NCBI GenBank assembly: GCA_041574955.1
Contig: JBFGNS010000002.1
Span: 6,316 to 70,315, forward strand
Source: Thermoanaerobaculia bacterium
GTDB taxonomy: Bacteria; Acidobacteriota; Thermoanaerobaculia; Multivoradales; JAHEKO01
Reading direction: 5' to 3'
DNA length: 64,000 nt
Position numbers and translations under genes: made by a program. Positions 48,368 to 61,419 of this stretch are shown here, piece after piece. The notes below the pieces were generated by a model. That model was not told the DNA's origin. It did no database searches and saw only the letters and a program-made list of their open reading frames with translations. Numbering within the stretch: position 1 is the stretch's first letter; each line of letters begins with the position of its first letter.

Positions 48368-50118
48368 TTCGTGCTTCGAAAAACCGCGTCATGAACCGCC
48401 GGACGACTGCGGCCGTCGCCGCCGCGGCGCTGCTGGTGTCGCTCGCGCCGCCCGCCGGTGCCGACCGGCCGATCGTGGTCGAGAACCGCGAGCTGTTCCT
48501 CAAGAGCCAGGAGGCCGCCCAGCAGGCGCTCGAGTACTACGGCGAGCTGGACGACCCGGCCACCCAGCGGCGGCTGACCGAGATCGGCTACCGGCTCGGC
48601 GAGCAGTCGCCGTTTCGCAAGATGCCGTTCACCTTCTACCTGGTGGACATGGCCGAGCCCAACGCCTTCGCCCTGCCAGGCGGGCAGATCTTCCTCACCC
48701 GCGGCATGCTGGAGCTCGGGCTCGACGACGACATGCTGGCCGGCCTGCTGGGGCACGAGATCGGCCACGTCGTGCTGGAGCACGGCATCCGGATGAAGCG
48801 CCGGGCGACGCTGCTCAACGTGCTCAGCCAGGCCGTTCTGGCAGGCGTGATCATCGGCACCTCCAACAGCGGCCGGCGCCAGCCGACCTCGCCCTACGAC
48901 CCCACCGGCGGCGACCGCCGCAACACCGGTGACGTGATCTACGGCACCGCCGCCGCCGGCGCCCTGGTCAGCGAGCTGCTGCTCAGGAGCTACAGCCGCG
49001 AGTACGAGGACGAGGCCGACGACGAGGGCCAGCGACTGGCCGCCGGTGCCGGCTTCGACCCGGCCGGAACCCGCAAGCTGATGGACTCGATGCGTGCCCA
49101 CCTGCCGCAGTCGCGCGACTACGGCTACTGGCGTACCCATCCGTTCTTCGAGGAGCGGGTGAAGGCGGCCGAGGTGCGGCAGGAGCTGCTCAAGATCCAG
49201 CAGCCCGAGCGGGCCTCGGTCTACCGCCGGGCCACCCAGGCGACCCTGCTCGAGCTGGCCGCCGGCGCGCGCGACAAGCCGGCGGTGGCCGAGCTGCTCG
49301 AGCGCCAGGCGCTGCTCGCCTGGCCCGAGGGCGCGGTGGCCGACCGGCTGCGCCTGGCCGAGCTGCGCAAGGTGCGCGACGCCGAGCTGGGCAAGCAGGA
49401 GCTGCGGCGCGACCTCGGCGCCCTGCTGTCCCGCTACCAGCGCAACCTGGAAGAGGTGCGCGAGCTGACCCCCGACAGCACGCTGGTGGCCACCCTCGAG
49501 TCGGAGCTGGCCGACTTCCGCGCCCGGCGCGACGCGCTCTACCCGAAGGCGGCCGAGGTCTTCCGGGGCGGCATCTACGAGACCGGCTTTCTCGAGACCT
49601 TCCTCAGCAACTATCCGGAGGCGCCGGAGGTTCCCGAGGTGGCGCTGGCCCTGGCCACCGCCTACACCCGGCTCGGGCGCGAGGCCGAGGCCGTCGCGCT
49701 GTACCTCCAGGCCGCCCAGGCCGGGCCGGAGTCGGAGCCGGGCCGGCGCGCCGAGCGCGGCCTGCGCAGCCTGGCCGGCGTGCTCGAGCGGCTCGACGCG
49801 CTGGCCCGGCTGGCGCGCGACGGCGAGGACCCGGAGCTACGGCGGCTGGCCGCCGAGCGGCTCGACCGGCTGGCCTCGACCTACTCCGAGCTGGCCAACG
49901 GCGCCGCCTACCTGAAGTCGTTCCCCGACGGCGAGCACGCCGCGGCGGTCACCGCGCGGCTCAACTCGCTGGCCGAGAAGCTGTACGGCGAGGTCGTCTT
50001 GTACCAGACCGTGGGCGACCACGTGAAGGGGATCGAGCGCATCCAGAAGATCCTGACCCACGCCCCGAACTCCCCCGCCGCCGACAAGCTGCGCGAGCGG
50101 ATGGTGCTCGAGAGCTGA
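48364..50118 (+). CDS. M48 family Zn metalloprotease with C-terminal TPR repeats
   Basis: ATG 48364 overlaps the DUF502 stop; EPNAFALPGG, GHEIGH (HExxH), YSREYEDEAD, THP. Confidence 0.9.
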   Translation: MIRASKNRVMNRRTTAAVAAAALLVSLAPPAGADRPIVVENRELFLKSQEAAQQALEYYGELDDPATQRRLTEIGYRLGEQSPFRKMPFTFYLVDMAEPNAFALPGGQIFLTRGMLELGLDDDMLAGLLGHEIGHVVLEHGIRMKRRATLLNVLSQAVLAGVIIGTSNSGRRQPTSPYDPTGGDRRNTGDVIYGTAAAGALVSELLLRSYSREYEDEADDEGQRLAAGAGFDPAGTRKLMDSMRAHLPQSRDYGYWRTHPFFEERVKAAEVRQELLKIQQPERASVYRRATQATLLELAAGARDKPAVAELLERQALLAWPEGAVADRLRLAELRKVRDAELGKQELRRDLGALLSRYQRNLEEVRELTPDSTLVATLESELADFRARRDALYPKAAEVFRGGIYETGFLETFLSNYPEAPEVPEVALALATAYTRLGREAEAVALYLQAAQAGPESEPGRRAERGLRSLAGVLERLDALARLARDGEDPELRRLAAERLDRLASTYSELANGAAYLKSFPDGEHAAAVTARLNSLAEKLYGEVVLYQTVGDHVKGIERIQKILTHAPNSPAADKLRERMVLES

Positions 50119-50191
50119 CAGCCTCGTCGCAAGCGCAGCGAGGGACCTCGGCACCGACCCCGAGCCGCCGGTTCGGGCCCTCAGCCGCTGC

Positions 50192-51472
50192 CTAGACCTC
50201 CAGGTACTTCTGGACCTGCTTGTCCCGGCGCACCCGCCAGATCTTGGAGTCGAGGTAGTAGTGCTGCATGGCGAAGCCGACGATCACTGCCGCCAGCACC
50301 TGCTCGCCTAGGCCCAGCGCCGCCGGGTCCTTGACCCCCGCCATCATGCCCAGCGAGTTGAACACCGCGTCGTCCAGGCGGCCGCCGGTGGCCGCCTTGA
50401 ACCAGTCGATCAGCGGGCCGCGGTAGAGCAGGAAGGTGAACACCAGCCCGACCGCGGCGTAGGTCCAGAAGCTGCGGAAGATGCGGCGTGCCCACTGGAA
50501 CTCGCGTCCGCTGGCGCGGCCGTACTTGTTGCGGGCGTACGAATAGACGATGCAGTGGTATTGGATGTTGTGACCGACGGTCACCAGCGGCACCACGAAG
50601 ACCGCCAGGATCGGGTGGCTGAAGGCGGCGAAGTGCAGCGGCACCAGCGGCAGCATGTACATCAGCTTGCTGCCGTTGAGGGTGGCCCCGCTGCGCCACA
50701 GCCGCCACTGGTGGAGGGCGTAGACCACCAGCACGCCGAGGTAGGCGGCCCAGGCCGCCGGGTAGACGACGTCGCCGACGCTCCAGCCGCCGACCAGCGG
50801 CCGGCGCAAGCCGAGGTCGGGGAAGCCGGGGGTCGAGGCGTAGAAGCTGCTGGTCATGAACATCACCAGCGGCAGGTAGAAGGTGAGGTTGAAGAACCAG
50901 CTGTCGAGGCGGTCGACCTCGGGACCGAAGTCGCCGGCCTTCCGCTTGTAGAGCTGGAAGAACCCCCAGTGCTGCCGCACGACGTGGTAGTAGGCCCACA
51001 GCCGGAAGAAGACGAAGAAGCCGACGGCCCCGAAAACCAGCCTCGAGGGGTCCAGCCGGATTCCCAGCGGAGCGCCACCGGCGGCCGCCAGGTACGGCGC
51101 CAGGATGATCGCCGGACCGACCGCGAACCAGACGAACGAGAAGCGGATCTCGCGCCCCCGAACGCGCCACTCGTCGGGATCGAACAGCGTGCGCGCCAGC
51201 GTCGCCCAGACGTGCGGCGCGTCCAGGATCAGCGCCCAGCTCGCCACTACCAGCAGCTCGAGGGTGAGCGGAACCGCCAGCCCGCCGAGCTGGAGGGTGC
51301 CCAGCGGATCGCGCAACGGGTCCTCGAGGCGGGCCACCGCCCACAGGATCAGCGCCAGGTAGGCCCAGCCGGCGAGCGCCGAGCCGATGTAGAAGACCAG
51401 GTCGCGACGCCGGCCGAGGATCCAGCTGAAGCGGACGCGCGGGCTGGCGACCGGAGTGGCGGCGACGGCCAT
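50192..51472 (-). CDS. Polytopic membrane protein with spaced His motifs (putative metalloenzyme)
   Basis: DAPHVWATL, YYHVVRQHWGF, GHNIQYH and QHYYLDSKIW among multiple TM segments. Confidence 0.7.
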   Translation of the reverse strand: MAVAATPVASPRVRFSWILGRRRDLVFYIGSALAGWAYLALILWAVARLEDPLRDPLGTLQLGGLAVPLTLELLVVASWALILDAPHVWATLARTLFDPDEWRVRGREIRFSFVWFAVGPAIILAPYLAAAGGAPLGIRLDPSRLVFGAVGFFVFFRLWAYYHVVRQHWGFFQLYKRKAGDFGPEVDRLDSWFFNLTFYLPLVMFMTSSFYASTPGFPDLGLRRPLVGGWSVGDVVYPAAWAAYLGVLVVYALHQWRLWRSGATLNGSKLMYMLPLVPLHFAAFSHPILAVFVVPLVTVGHNIQYHCIVYSYARNKYGRASGREFQWARRIFRSFWTYAAVGLVFTFLLYRGPLIDWFKAATGGRLDDAVFNSLGMMAGVKDPAALGLGEQVLAAVIVGFAMQHYYLDSKIWRVRRDKQVQKYLEV

Positions 51473-51490
51473 GTGGAGGAGGAGGAGGCG

Positions 51491-52342
51491 CTATCGGTTG
51501 AAGCAGCCGCAGCGCGAGATGACGGCAGCGGTGTCCGGCCGGCCGGGCAGCTCCAGTCCGCCGCTGCCGGTGGCGCAGAAGTCGAGGCTGCCGACCAGCC
51601 GCCCCTTGTCCGGTAGCGGCGCCTGGTTCTCGAGCAGGAACGAGTTGCAGCCGGCCGACGGCTCGCCGCTGAGCGTACCCTCGTTCACCAGGTCGAACGC
51701 CGCAAGCGTGCCGCCCTCCGAGCGGAAGGTGCGGCCGGCGGCGTTGCGGAACAGCTCGCTGGCGTTGATCCGCCCACGGTTGACCAGCTCGCCCTCGTTG
51801 TCCAGCCGGCGGTTGGCGCTCAGCAGGCCGTCGTTCTCCAGCCGGCCACGGTTGAGCAGGCCGCCGCCGGTGTCCAGCACGCCGAGGTTGGCGATCACGC
51901 CGCGGTTGAGCAGCTCGCCGCCGACGGCCATCACCCCGCTCTCGTGGTTCACCAGACCGGCGCCGGGCCCGACACGCAGGTCGTCGTAGGTCAGCAGCAC
52001 GCGGTGGTTGTCGAGCGTCGCCCGCTCGAGCTCCAGCCGGAAGTAGCGCAGCGTGCCGTAGTTGACCAGCCCGCCGGCAGCCGGAGCGCCGAACCGGATC
52101 GAGCTCGGTAGCGCGGTGCCGCAGTTCTCGAACCGGCCGCCGGCGAGCGTGACGCTGCCGGTAAACACCGCCGACCGATCGACGCACACCGTGTTGCCGG
52201 CGGTCGCCGAGTAGGCACCGCCGTCGCGGCCGGTGATCAGGAAGTCGCACTGACCGCACTGGGCGGCGGCGGCGAGCGGCGCGAGCGCCGCCAGGGCGAC
52301 CAGCAGCCCAGCCGCGAGCCGCGATCGCGACGGCCGTCTCAT
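51491..52342 (-). CDS. Secreted protein with G-x-L-x-N-x-G repeats (beta-solenoid-like)
   Basis: Signal peptide; repeats LVNYG, LVNHESG, LLNRG, IANLG, LLNRG, LENDG, LDNEG, LVNRG, LVNEG; Cys-rich ends. Confidence 0.7.
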   Translation of the reverse strand: MRRPSRSRLAAGLLVALAALAPLAAAAQCGQCDFLITGRDGGAYSATAGNTVCVDRSAVFTGSVTLAGGRFENCGTALPSSIRFGAPAAGGLVNYGTLRYFRLELERATLDNHRVLLTYDDLRVGPGAGLVNHESGVMAVGGELLNRGVIANLGVLDTGGGLLNRGRLENDGLLSANRRLDNEGELVNRGRINASELFRNAAGRTFRSEGGTLAAFDLVNEGTLSGEPSAGCNSFLLENQAPLPDKGRLVGSLDFCATGSGGLELPGRPDTAAVISRCGCFNR

Positions 52343-52400
52343 GGCGGTCAGTCTACACCAGGCGCCGCGGCCGTCGGGCGGCGGCGGCGAGCAGGTCGGC

Positions 52401-53258
52401 TCAGCCGCGCACCGGCGAGCGGCGCGGGCGCGAGCCCCACCAGCGGCCGAGCGCGAACGGCTGGGAGCCGCGGGCGACAGTCACCGTCAGCTCGGTGGAG
52501 TGGGCCCCGGCGGCGTATGACGGCGCCGCGGTACCGGCGCCGGGGTGGCGCTCGCCGTCGTCCATGCCGACGGCGGCGCGCAGGGCGCGCACCGCGTCGC
52601 CGTCCAGACCGCGTCTCACGTCGACCCAGGGGAGATCGGCGATCGGCTCGGGCACCGGACCGTCGGCGAGTTGCAGCAGCACCAGCCGCGGCGCGGCGGT
52701 CAGCGAGCGCCAGCCTTCGAGCCGGGCTCGGGCGGCGACCAGCTCGGAGACGCAGTGCGGTCGCGACCGGTAGCCGTGCGACCAAAGCACGAGCACGCAG
52801 GCCGAGCGGTCGAGCGCCTCCATCACCAGATCGCACACCACCACCTCGGCCGGCGGCTCGCCACGGTAGGCGTCGAAGCCGTTCGCCAGCAGCTCCTTGC
52901 CGAGCCACAGCGCCAGCGGCAGGTCGGCGGGCGCGTAGCTGAGCAGGACGCGGGGCGCCAGCCGCAGGTTCTCTATCGACTCGTGCAGCAGCAGGTGCAG
53001 AGGCTCGGCGGTCAGGCCGGCACGCTCGAGCTGCTCCAGCCCGATGGCCCAGGTGCGCATCGCCAGGCCCTCACGCCCGCGGCGCTCCTCGACGTTGCCC
53101 TTCAGGTAGCAGACATGGGCCACCAGCAGCGGATCGTCGCCGGCCAGGGTCAGCACGCGTGAGCCGTGCATGTCGCAGGCTTGCAGGTCGCCGCGGCCGT
53201 AGGCGGTGCGGCAGGCTGCGAGCTCCTGGGCTGCGGTGGCGTTGTGGCTGGCGATCAC
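52401..53258 (-). CDS. TIR domain protein with N-terminal TPR-like helices
   Basis: VLLSYAPAD, LLANGFDAY, EALDRSACVLVLWSHGYRSRPHCVSEL (TIR catalytic Glu position), PEPIADLPWVD. Confidence 0.75.
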   Translation of the reverse strand: MIASHNATAAQELAACRTAYGRGDLQACDMHGSRVLTLAGDDPLLVAHVCYLKGNVEERRGREGLAMRTWAIGLEQLERAGLTAEPLHLLLHESIENLRLAPRVLLSYAPADLPLALWLGKELLANGFDAYRGEPPAEVVVCDLVMEALDRSACVLVLWSHGYRSRPHCVSELVAARARLEGWRSLTAAPRLVLLQLADGPVPEPIADLPWVDVRRGLDGDAVRALRAAVGMDDGERHPGAGTAAPSYAAGAHSTELTVTVARGSQPFALGRWWGSRPRRSPVRG

Positions 53259-53399
53259 TGAGGGGTACTTCTTTCCGACCCTGGTGCACCGCCGAAGCGG
53301 CGATGGACGATCTTCCTGTACTAACTACCGCCGCCGCACCAAAAAGTTGGCGGGCGTCCGCCGGACGGGCGGCGCCGCTGGGTCCGGCCGGGCGCGCGG

Positions 53400-56567
<3,168 letters not shown>

Positions 56568-56622
56568 CGACGTGATGGCAGTCGCCCGGTGCCGTCGCCG
56601 GCCCCACGGGCAGCCGGGCGGC

Positions 56623-58068
56623 TCAACCGCCGCCTCCCGCGCGGCGCTCGCGCATGCGGGCGAGGCGCTCCTCGATCTGCTCCTCGCTGAGGCCGCGCTC
56701 GCGCATCCGCTGCTTGATCTGCTCCAGCCGCTCCGGCGTCAGCTCCGCCGGATCGAAGCCGCCCGGCGGGCCGCCGGGACCCGAGCCGCCGATGGTCGCC
56801 GGCCCGGCCGGCGCCGCCTGCGCCGGCCCGCCGCCGCTCAGCCGCTCCTCGATCTGCTCGTCGCTCAGCCCCTGCCGGCGCAGGAACTGGCGCGCCCGCT
56901 CCTTCTGCTCGTCGCTCATCTGCGACGGGTCGAACCGCCCGCCCGGTCCGCCGGCGGACGTCTGCGGCGGCGCCCCGCCCTCGCCGAGCCGCTGGACCGG
57001 GGTGCCGTCGGACAGGCCGTCCTGGCCGACCACCACCACCTGCTCGCCTTCAGCCAGCCCGGAGGTCACCTCCACGAAGTCGCCTTCCGAGAAGCCCAGC
57101 TGGACGTCGCGCCGCGCTGCCTTGCCCTGCTCGGCGACGTACACCGTGTCGCCGATCGAATCGAGCGTCAGCGCCGTCTTGGGGATCACCAGCGAGCCGC
57201 TCCGCCGGTCGGTCTCGACGAACACGTCGGCGAACATCCCCGGCCGCAGCTTGCCGCGACCGCGCACCGCCAGCGTCACCCGCACGGTGCCGGTGGCGGC
57301 GTCCACCACCGGCCGGATGCGCAGCACCTCGGCGTCGAAGCGCTCGCCGCGCCACGCCTCGACCTCGAGATAGGCGCGCTGCCCCACCGACAGCCGCGCC
57401 AGGTCGCGCTCGGGTACCTGGATCGGGCACAGCAGCGGGTCGAAATCGGACAGCCGGAACAGCGCGGTGCCGGGGCCGACCTGCTGGGCGAAATCGACGT
57501 AGCGGGCCACGATCAGGCCGCTGAACGGCGCCCGCAATTCGGTGTAGCCGAGCTGGATCTGGGTGCCTTCGAGCTCGGCACGCGCGGTCTCGAAGCGGGT
57601 GCGGGCCTCCTCGAACTCCTCGCTGCTGATCAGCTGGCTGGCGTCGAGCGCCTGCGCCCGGTCCCAGGCCAGCCGCGCCTCGGCGAGAGCGACCTTGGCG
57701 ATCTCGAGCTGCGCCCTCAGCTCGTCCTCCTCGAGCCGTGCCAGCAGCTGGCCGCGCTGGACCGCCATGCCCTCCTCGACCAGCAGCTCTACGATCGGCG
57801 CCGACACCCGCGCCACGATGTCGACCTCGTTCTCGGCCTCCAGCACCCCCTGGGTCTCGATGTAGGAGGAGATGTCGCGCCGCTCGACCGGCGCGGTCTC
57901 GACCGGCACGGCGGCGGTCTCGGTGGCGGCCGCGGCCCAAGGGGCTGCGCCGCCCCGGCTTCCGCCGGGGCGACCGGAGCCGCCGGCGGCGTCCTCCCCG
58001 CCGCAGCCGGCGGTGAGCGCCGCGGCGACGACCGGCAGGATGAACAGCGTGGTGGGTCTCAACGGCAT
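56623..58068 (-). CDS. RND periplasmic adaptor (MFP) lipoprotein with repeated C-terminal tail
   Basis: Lipobox LTAGC, biotinyl-lipoyl-like VEEGMAVQRGQLLARL, ELRAPFSG, LRPGMF, GLAEGEQVVVVGQ. Confidence 0.93.
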   Translation of the reverse strand: MPLRPTTLFILPVVAAALTAGCGGEDAAGGSGRPGGSRGGAAPWAAAATETAAVPVETAPVERRDISSYIETQGVLEAENEVDIVARVSAPIVELLVEEGMAVQRGQLLARLEEDELRAQLEIAKVALAEARLAWDRAQALDASQLISSEEFEEARTRFETARAELEGTQIQLGYTELRAPFSGLIVARYVDFAQQVGPGTALFRLSDFDPLLCPIQVPERDLARLSVGQRAYLEVEAWRGERFDAEVLRIRPVVDAATGTVRVTLAVRGRGKLRPGMFADVFVETDRRSGSLVIPKTALTLDSIGDTVYVAEQGKAARRDVQLGFSEGDFVEVTSGLAEGEQVVVVGQDGLSDGTPVQRLGEGGAPPQTSAGGPGGRFDPSQMSDEQKERARQFLRRQGLSDEQIEERLSGGGPAQAAPAGPATIGGSGPGGPPGGFDPAELTPERLEQIKQRMRERGLSEEQIEERLARMRERRAGGGG

Positions 58069-58104
58069 GTGAGGTCCTCGGAAGAAACGGCCGGCCGTGG
58101 GCGG

Positions 58105-61100
58105 TCAGGCCGACCGCGCCACCCGCCGGACGAACAGCGTCAGGTCGTCGATCAGCGAGTAGATGGTGGGGATGATGATCAGGGTCAGGAAGGTCGAGGT
58201 GGTCAGGCCGCCGACGATCACCAGCCCGATGGGCGCCCAGGTGGCGGCGCGGCCCTCGACCGGACCGAACCAGCCGGGGAACAGGAACGGCGCCACCATC
58301 GGCATCAGCCCCAGCACGGTGGTGACCGCGGTGATCAGGATCGGGCGCAGGCGGTGCTGGCCGCCGGTGATGATCGCGGTGTCGCGGTCGAGGCCGCGCT
58401 GGCGCAGGTAGTTGATGTGGTCGATCAGCACGATGGCGTTGTTGACCACCACGCCGAGCAGGACGATCAGGCCGAGCATGGTCATGCTGTCCCAGGGCTG
58501 GTCGGCCAGCTTCATCGCCACCGCCACACCGAACAGCGCGAACGGCACCGAGAACATGATGGTCAGCGGCTGGGTGAAGCTCTCGAACAGCGCCGCCATC
58601 AGCATGTAGACCAGCGGCAGGGCGAACAGCAGAGCGAACAGCCCGGTGTCCTGGTCGCGCTGCTGGAACCGGCTCCAGCGCCCGAAGCTCCACTCGTAGC
58701 CGGGCGGCATGGCCATCGACCGCATCACCCCGCTCACCGCCCCCATGGCGGCGAAGCTCGGCGCGTCGGCCGCCGGGTTGGCGGTCACCGAGACCTTGGC
58801 GCGGTGGTTCTCGCGCTCGATGCTCTGCGGCCCGGCGCCGAAGCTGAAGTCGGCCAGCGCGCCGAGCGGCAGCGTCACGTCGCCGGCGAACACCGGCAGG
58901 TTCTTGAGCTGGTCGAGCGTCTCGCGATCCTCCTGCCGGTACTGCATGATCAGGTCGACCTCGCGCTCGCCGGTCTTGAAGTGGCTCACCGCCCGGCTCG
59001 ACAAGGCGTTGCTGACGGTGAACGCGACGGCGCGGCTCGACAGCCCGGCCTGCAGTGCCCGCTCGCGCTCCACCGTCACCCGGATCTCCTCGTCGCCGCT
59101 CTCGAGCGAGGTGTCGACGTCCTTGATCATCGGCAGCTGGCCCAGCCGCGCCGCCACCTGCTTGCTCAGCAGCTCCAGCACCACGGGATCGTCGCCCATC
59201 AGCTCTACCTCTACGCCCGACGAGCCGTAGCGGCCCTCGGCGGCGGCCAGCCGCAGGTTGACCCCGGCCTTGACCGGCAGCGCGGCGCGGATCCGCTCGC
59301 GCGCCGCGGCGGTGGTGACGTAGCTCTCCGACTCGTCTTTCAAGTAGACGTCGAACTGCCGGTTGCGCCGCCAGCTGGCGCGCGAGCGGCCGGTGCCGCG
59401 GTCGTAGGAGTAGGCGATGTCGGCGATGTCCAGCTCCTCGCGCAGGCCGTCGAGCAGGGCGTAGACCTCGTCGTACAGCGTCTCGATCTGGGCCAGAGAG
59501 TACTGCCGCGGCGTGTCCACCTTGACGATGATCTGGCGCTCGAGCGAGCGGCCGGTGAACGACCGCTCGATGGTGGTGAACAGGTAGATCACCCCGCCCA
59601 GCATCGCGACGATCGACAGCACGAACAGGAAGCGGTGGCGGAGGGTGAACGCGAGCACCCGGCCGTAGCTGCCCACCAGGCGGTCGATCAGCGGCGCCGG
59701 GCGGCTGCCCTGGCCGCGCAGGATCAGCGCCGCCGCCATCGGCACCACCGTCAGCGCCACCACCAGCGACGCCACGATCACGATGCAGATGGTGACGCCG
59801 ATGTTCTCCATGTACAGCTTGAAGCGGCCGCCCGAGGCCAGGAAGATGAGCGGCAGGAAGACGCACATCGTGGTGGCGGTCGAGGCGACGATCGGCAGCG
59901 CCACCTCGCTGGTGCCGTACAGCGCCGCCGGCACGGCCTCCTCGCCCAGCTCGTTGCGGTGGCGGAAGATCGACTCGATCACCACGATCGAGTTGTCCAC
60001 CAGCATGCCGAGCGCCAGCATCAGCCCGGCCAGGCTGACCACGTTCAAGGTGATGTCGAACACTCCCGCCTGGCGCAGGAAGTAGAGCAGCACAAAGGTG
60101 GCGATCACCGAGATCGGCATCGCCAGCGCGATCAGCGCGGTGGTGCGGTAGCGGCGCAGGAAGAAGAACACCGCCAGGATGGCCAGCAGGCCACCGACCA
60201 GGCCGGCGTCCCTGAGCTGGCCGAGGCCCTTGCGCACGTCGAGCGAGGCGTCGGAGAAGATGCGGTACTCGAGACCGGCAGCTTCCGGCTCGACGGCGAT
60301 CGCCTCGAGCTCCTTCTTCACCCGGTTGACCACCGCCAGCAGGTTGGCGGTCGACGCCTTGTTGACGCTCACCGACAGCGACTCGACGCCGTTGAGGTAG
60401 CTGAACTCCTCCTGCTCGGGGAAGTCGTAGCGCACCTCCGCCAGGTCGGCCAGCCGCAGTCCGCTGCCGTTGACCGGCAGGGCGCCCACCTCGCCGGGCG
60501 TGGCGAACTCACCCACCGCCCGCACCAGCAGCTTGCGGCTGCCCAGCTTGACGTCGCCCGCCGACAGGTTGAGGTTGCTCGACCGCAGCAGCTCGACGAG
60601 CGTGCGCGCATCGACGCCGTGGGCCTGCAGCCGGGCCGGGTCCAGGTTGATCTGCAGCTCGGGCACCTGCAGGCCGCTGACGCCGACCTGGGCGACGCCC
60701 TCCAGCCGCTCCAGCCGCCGCACGACGGTGTTCTCGGCGAAGTCGAACAGCCGCTCGCGCGTCCAGCCGGCGCTCAGATCGAACCGCAGCACCGGGATGT
60801 CGGTGGTCTGGAACCGGCGGATGGTGAGCCGCTCCAGGTCCGCGGGCAGCAGGTGGCGGACGCGCTCGATGCGGTCGCGCACCTCCATCGCCGCCAGATC
60901 CATGTCGGTGCCGTCGACGAACGAGATGTTGACCCGGGCCTGGTTGGCGGAGGCGTTGGCCGACAGCGTCTCGATGCCGTTGATGGTGCCCAGGATGTCC
61001 TCGAGCGGCCGCACCACCAGCCGCTCCACCTCCTCCGGCGAGGACGACGGATAGGGTGCGTTGACCGAGATGTTGGACGACGAGAAGCTGGGCAGAAACT

Positions 61101-61215
61101 CGAGCGGCAGCCGGTTGAGCGACAGCCAGCCCAGCACCAGCACGCCGAGCACGGCCATCCCCATGGTGATCTTGCGCTCGACCGCGAAGCGGACGATGGG
61201 ACTGATGCGTTGCAT
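58105..61215 (-). CDS. AcrB/AcrD/AcrF family RND efflux permease (subunit 1)
   Basis: LPLEFLP, GMLVDNSIVV, GVVVNNAIVLID, RLRPILIT, GGLTTSTFLTL. Confidence 0.95.
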   Translation of the reverse strand: MQRISPIVRFAVERKITMGMAVLGVLVLGWLSLNRLPLEFLPSFSSSNISVNAPYPSSSPEEVERLVVRPLEDILGTINGIETLSANASANQARVNISFVDGTDMDLAAMEVRDRIERVRHLLPADLERLTIRRFQTTDIPVLRFDLSAGWTRERLFDFAENTVVRRLERLEGVAQVGVSGLQVPELQINLDPARLQAHGVDARTLVELLRSSNLNLSAGDVKLGSRKLLVRAVGEFATPGEVGALPVNGSGLRLADLAEVRYDFPEQEEFSYLNGVESLSVSVNKASTANLLAVVNRVKKELEAIAVEPEAAGLEYRIFSDASLDVRKGLGQLRDAGLVGGLLAILAVFFFLRRYRTTALIALAMPISVIATFVLLYFLRQAGVFDITLNVVSLAGLMLALGMLVDNSIVVIESIFRHRNELGEEAVPAALYGTSEVALPIVASTATTMCVFLPLIFLASGGRFKLYMENIGVTICIVIVASLVVALTVVPMAAALILRGQGSRPAPLIDRLVGSYGRVLAFTLRHRFLFVLSIVAMLGGVIYLFTTIERSFTGRSLERQIIVKVDTPRQYSLAQIETLYDEVYALLDGLREELDIADIAYSYDRGTGRSRASWRRNRQFDVYLKDESESYVTTAAARERIRAALPVKAGVNLRLAAAEGRYGSSGVEVELMGDDPVVLELLSKQVAARLGQLPMIKDVDTSLESGDEEIRVTVERERALQAGLSSRAVAFTVSNALSSRAVSHFKTGEREVDLIMQYRQEDRETLDQLKNLPVFAGDVTLPLGALADFSFGAGPQSIERENHRAKVSVTANPAADAPSFAAMGAVSGVMRSMAMPPGYEWSFGRWSRFQQRDQDTGLFALLFALPLVYMLMAALFESFTQPLTIMFSVPFALFGVAVAMKLADQPWDSMTMLGLIVLLGVVVNNAIVLIDHINYLRQRGLDRDTAIITGGQHRLRPILITAVTTVLGLMPMVAPFLFPGWFGPVEGRAATWAPIGLVIVGGLTTSTFLTLIIIPTIYSLIDDLTLFVRRVARSA

Positions 61216-61358
61216 GGTCGCTCGGGCCGCCCGGGCGGGCGACCCTCATCCTACCCTCTCCTCCTGCTGTCCAGGGATCGCGGCGGCTGCCCGACGCTGC
61301 CCGCGGCGTCGAGCCGGCCGCTGGCTCCAGGCGCCCTCGCGGCGAGCCCCCAACTTAC

Positions 61359-61409
61359 GCACGACGGGACCCCCGGGTTGCGCCCCGGGGGTCCCCGCCA
61401 CGCTCGTGC
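61359..61409. terminator. Strong GC hairpin between the Spy-like gene and the RND operon
   Basis: 12-bp perfect stem GGGACCCCCGGG/CCCGGGGGTCCC with a 6-nt loop (61366-61395) plus outer GCACGA/TCGTGC; no U-tract. Confidence 0.45.
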
Positions 61410-61419
61410 GGCGCCGGCG

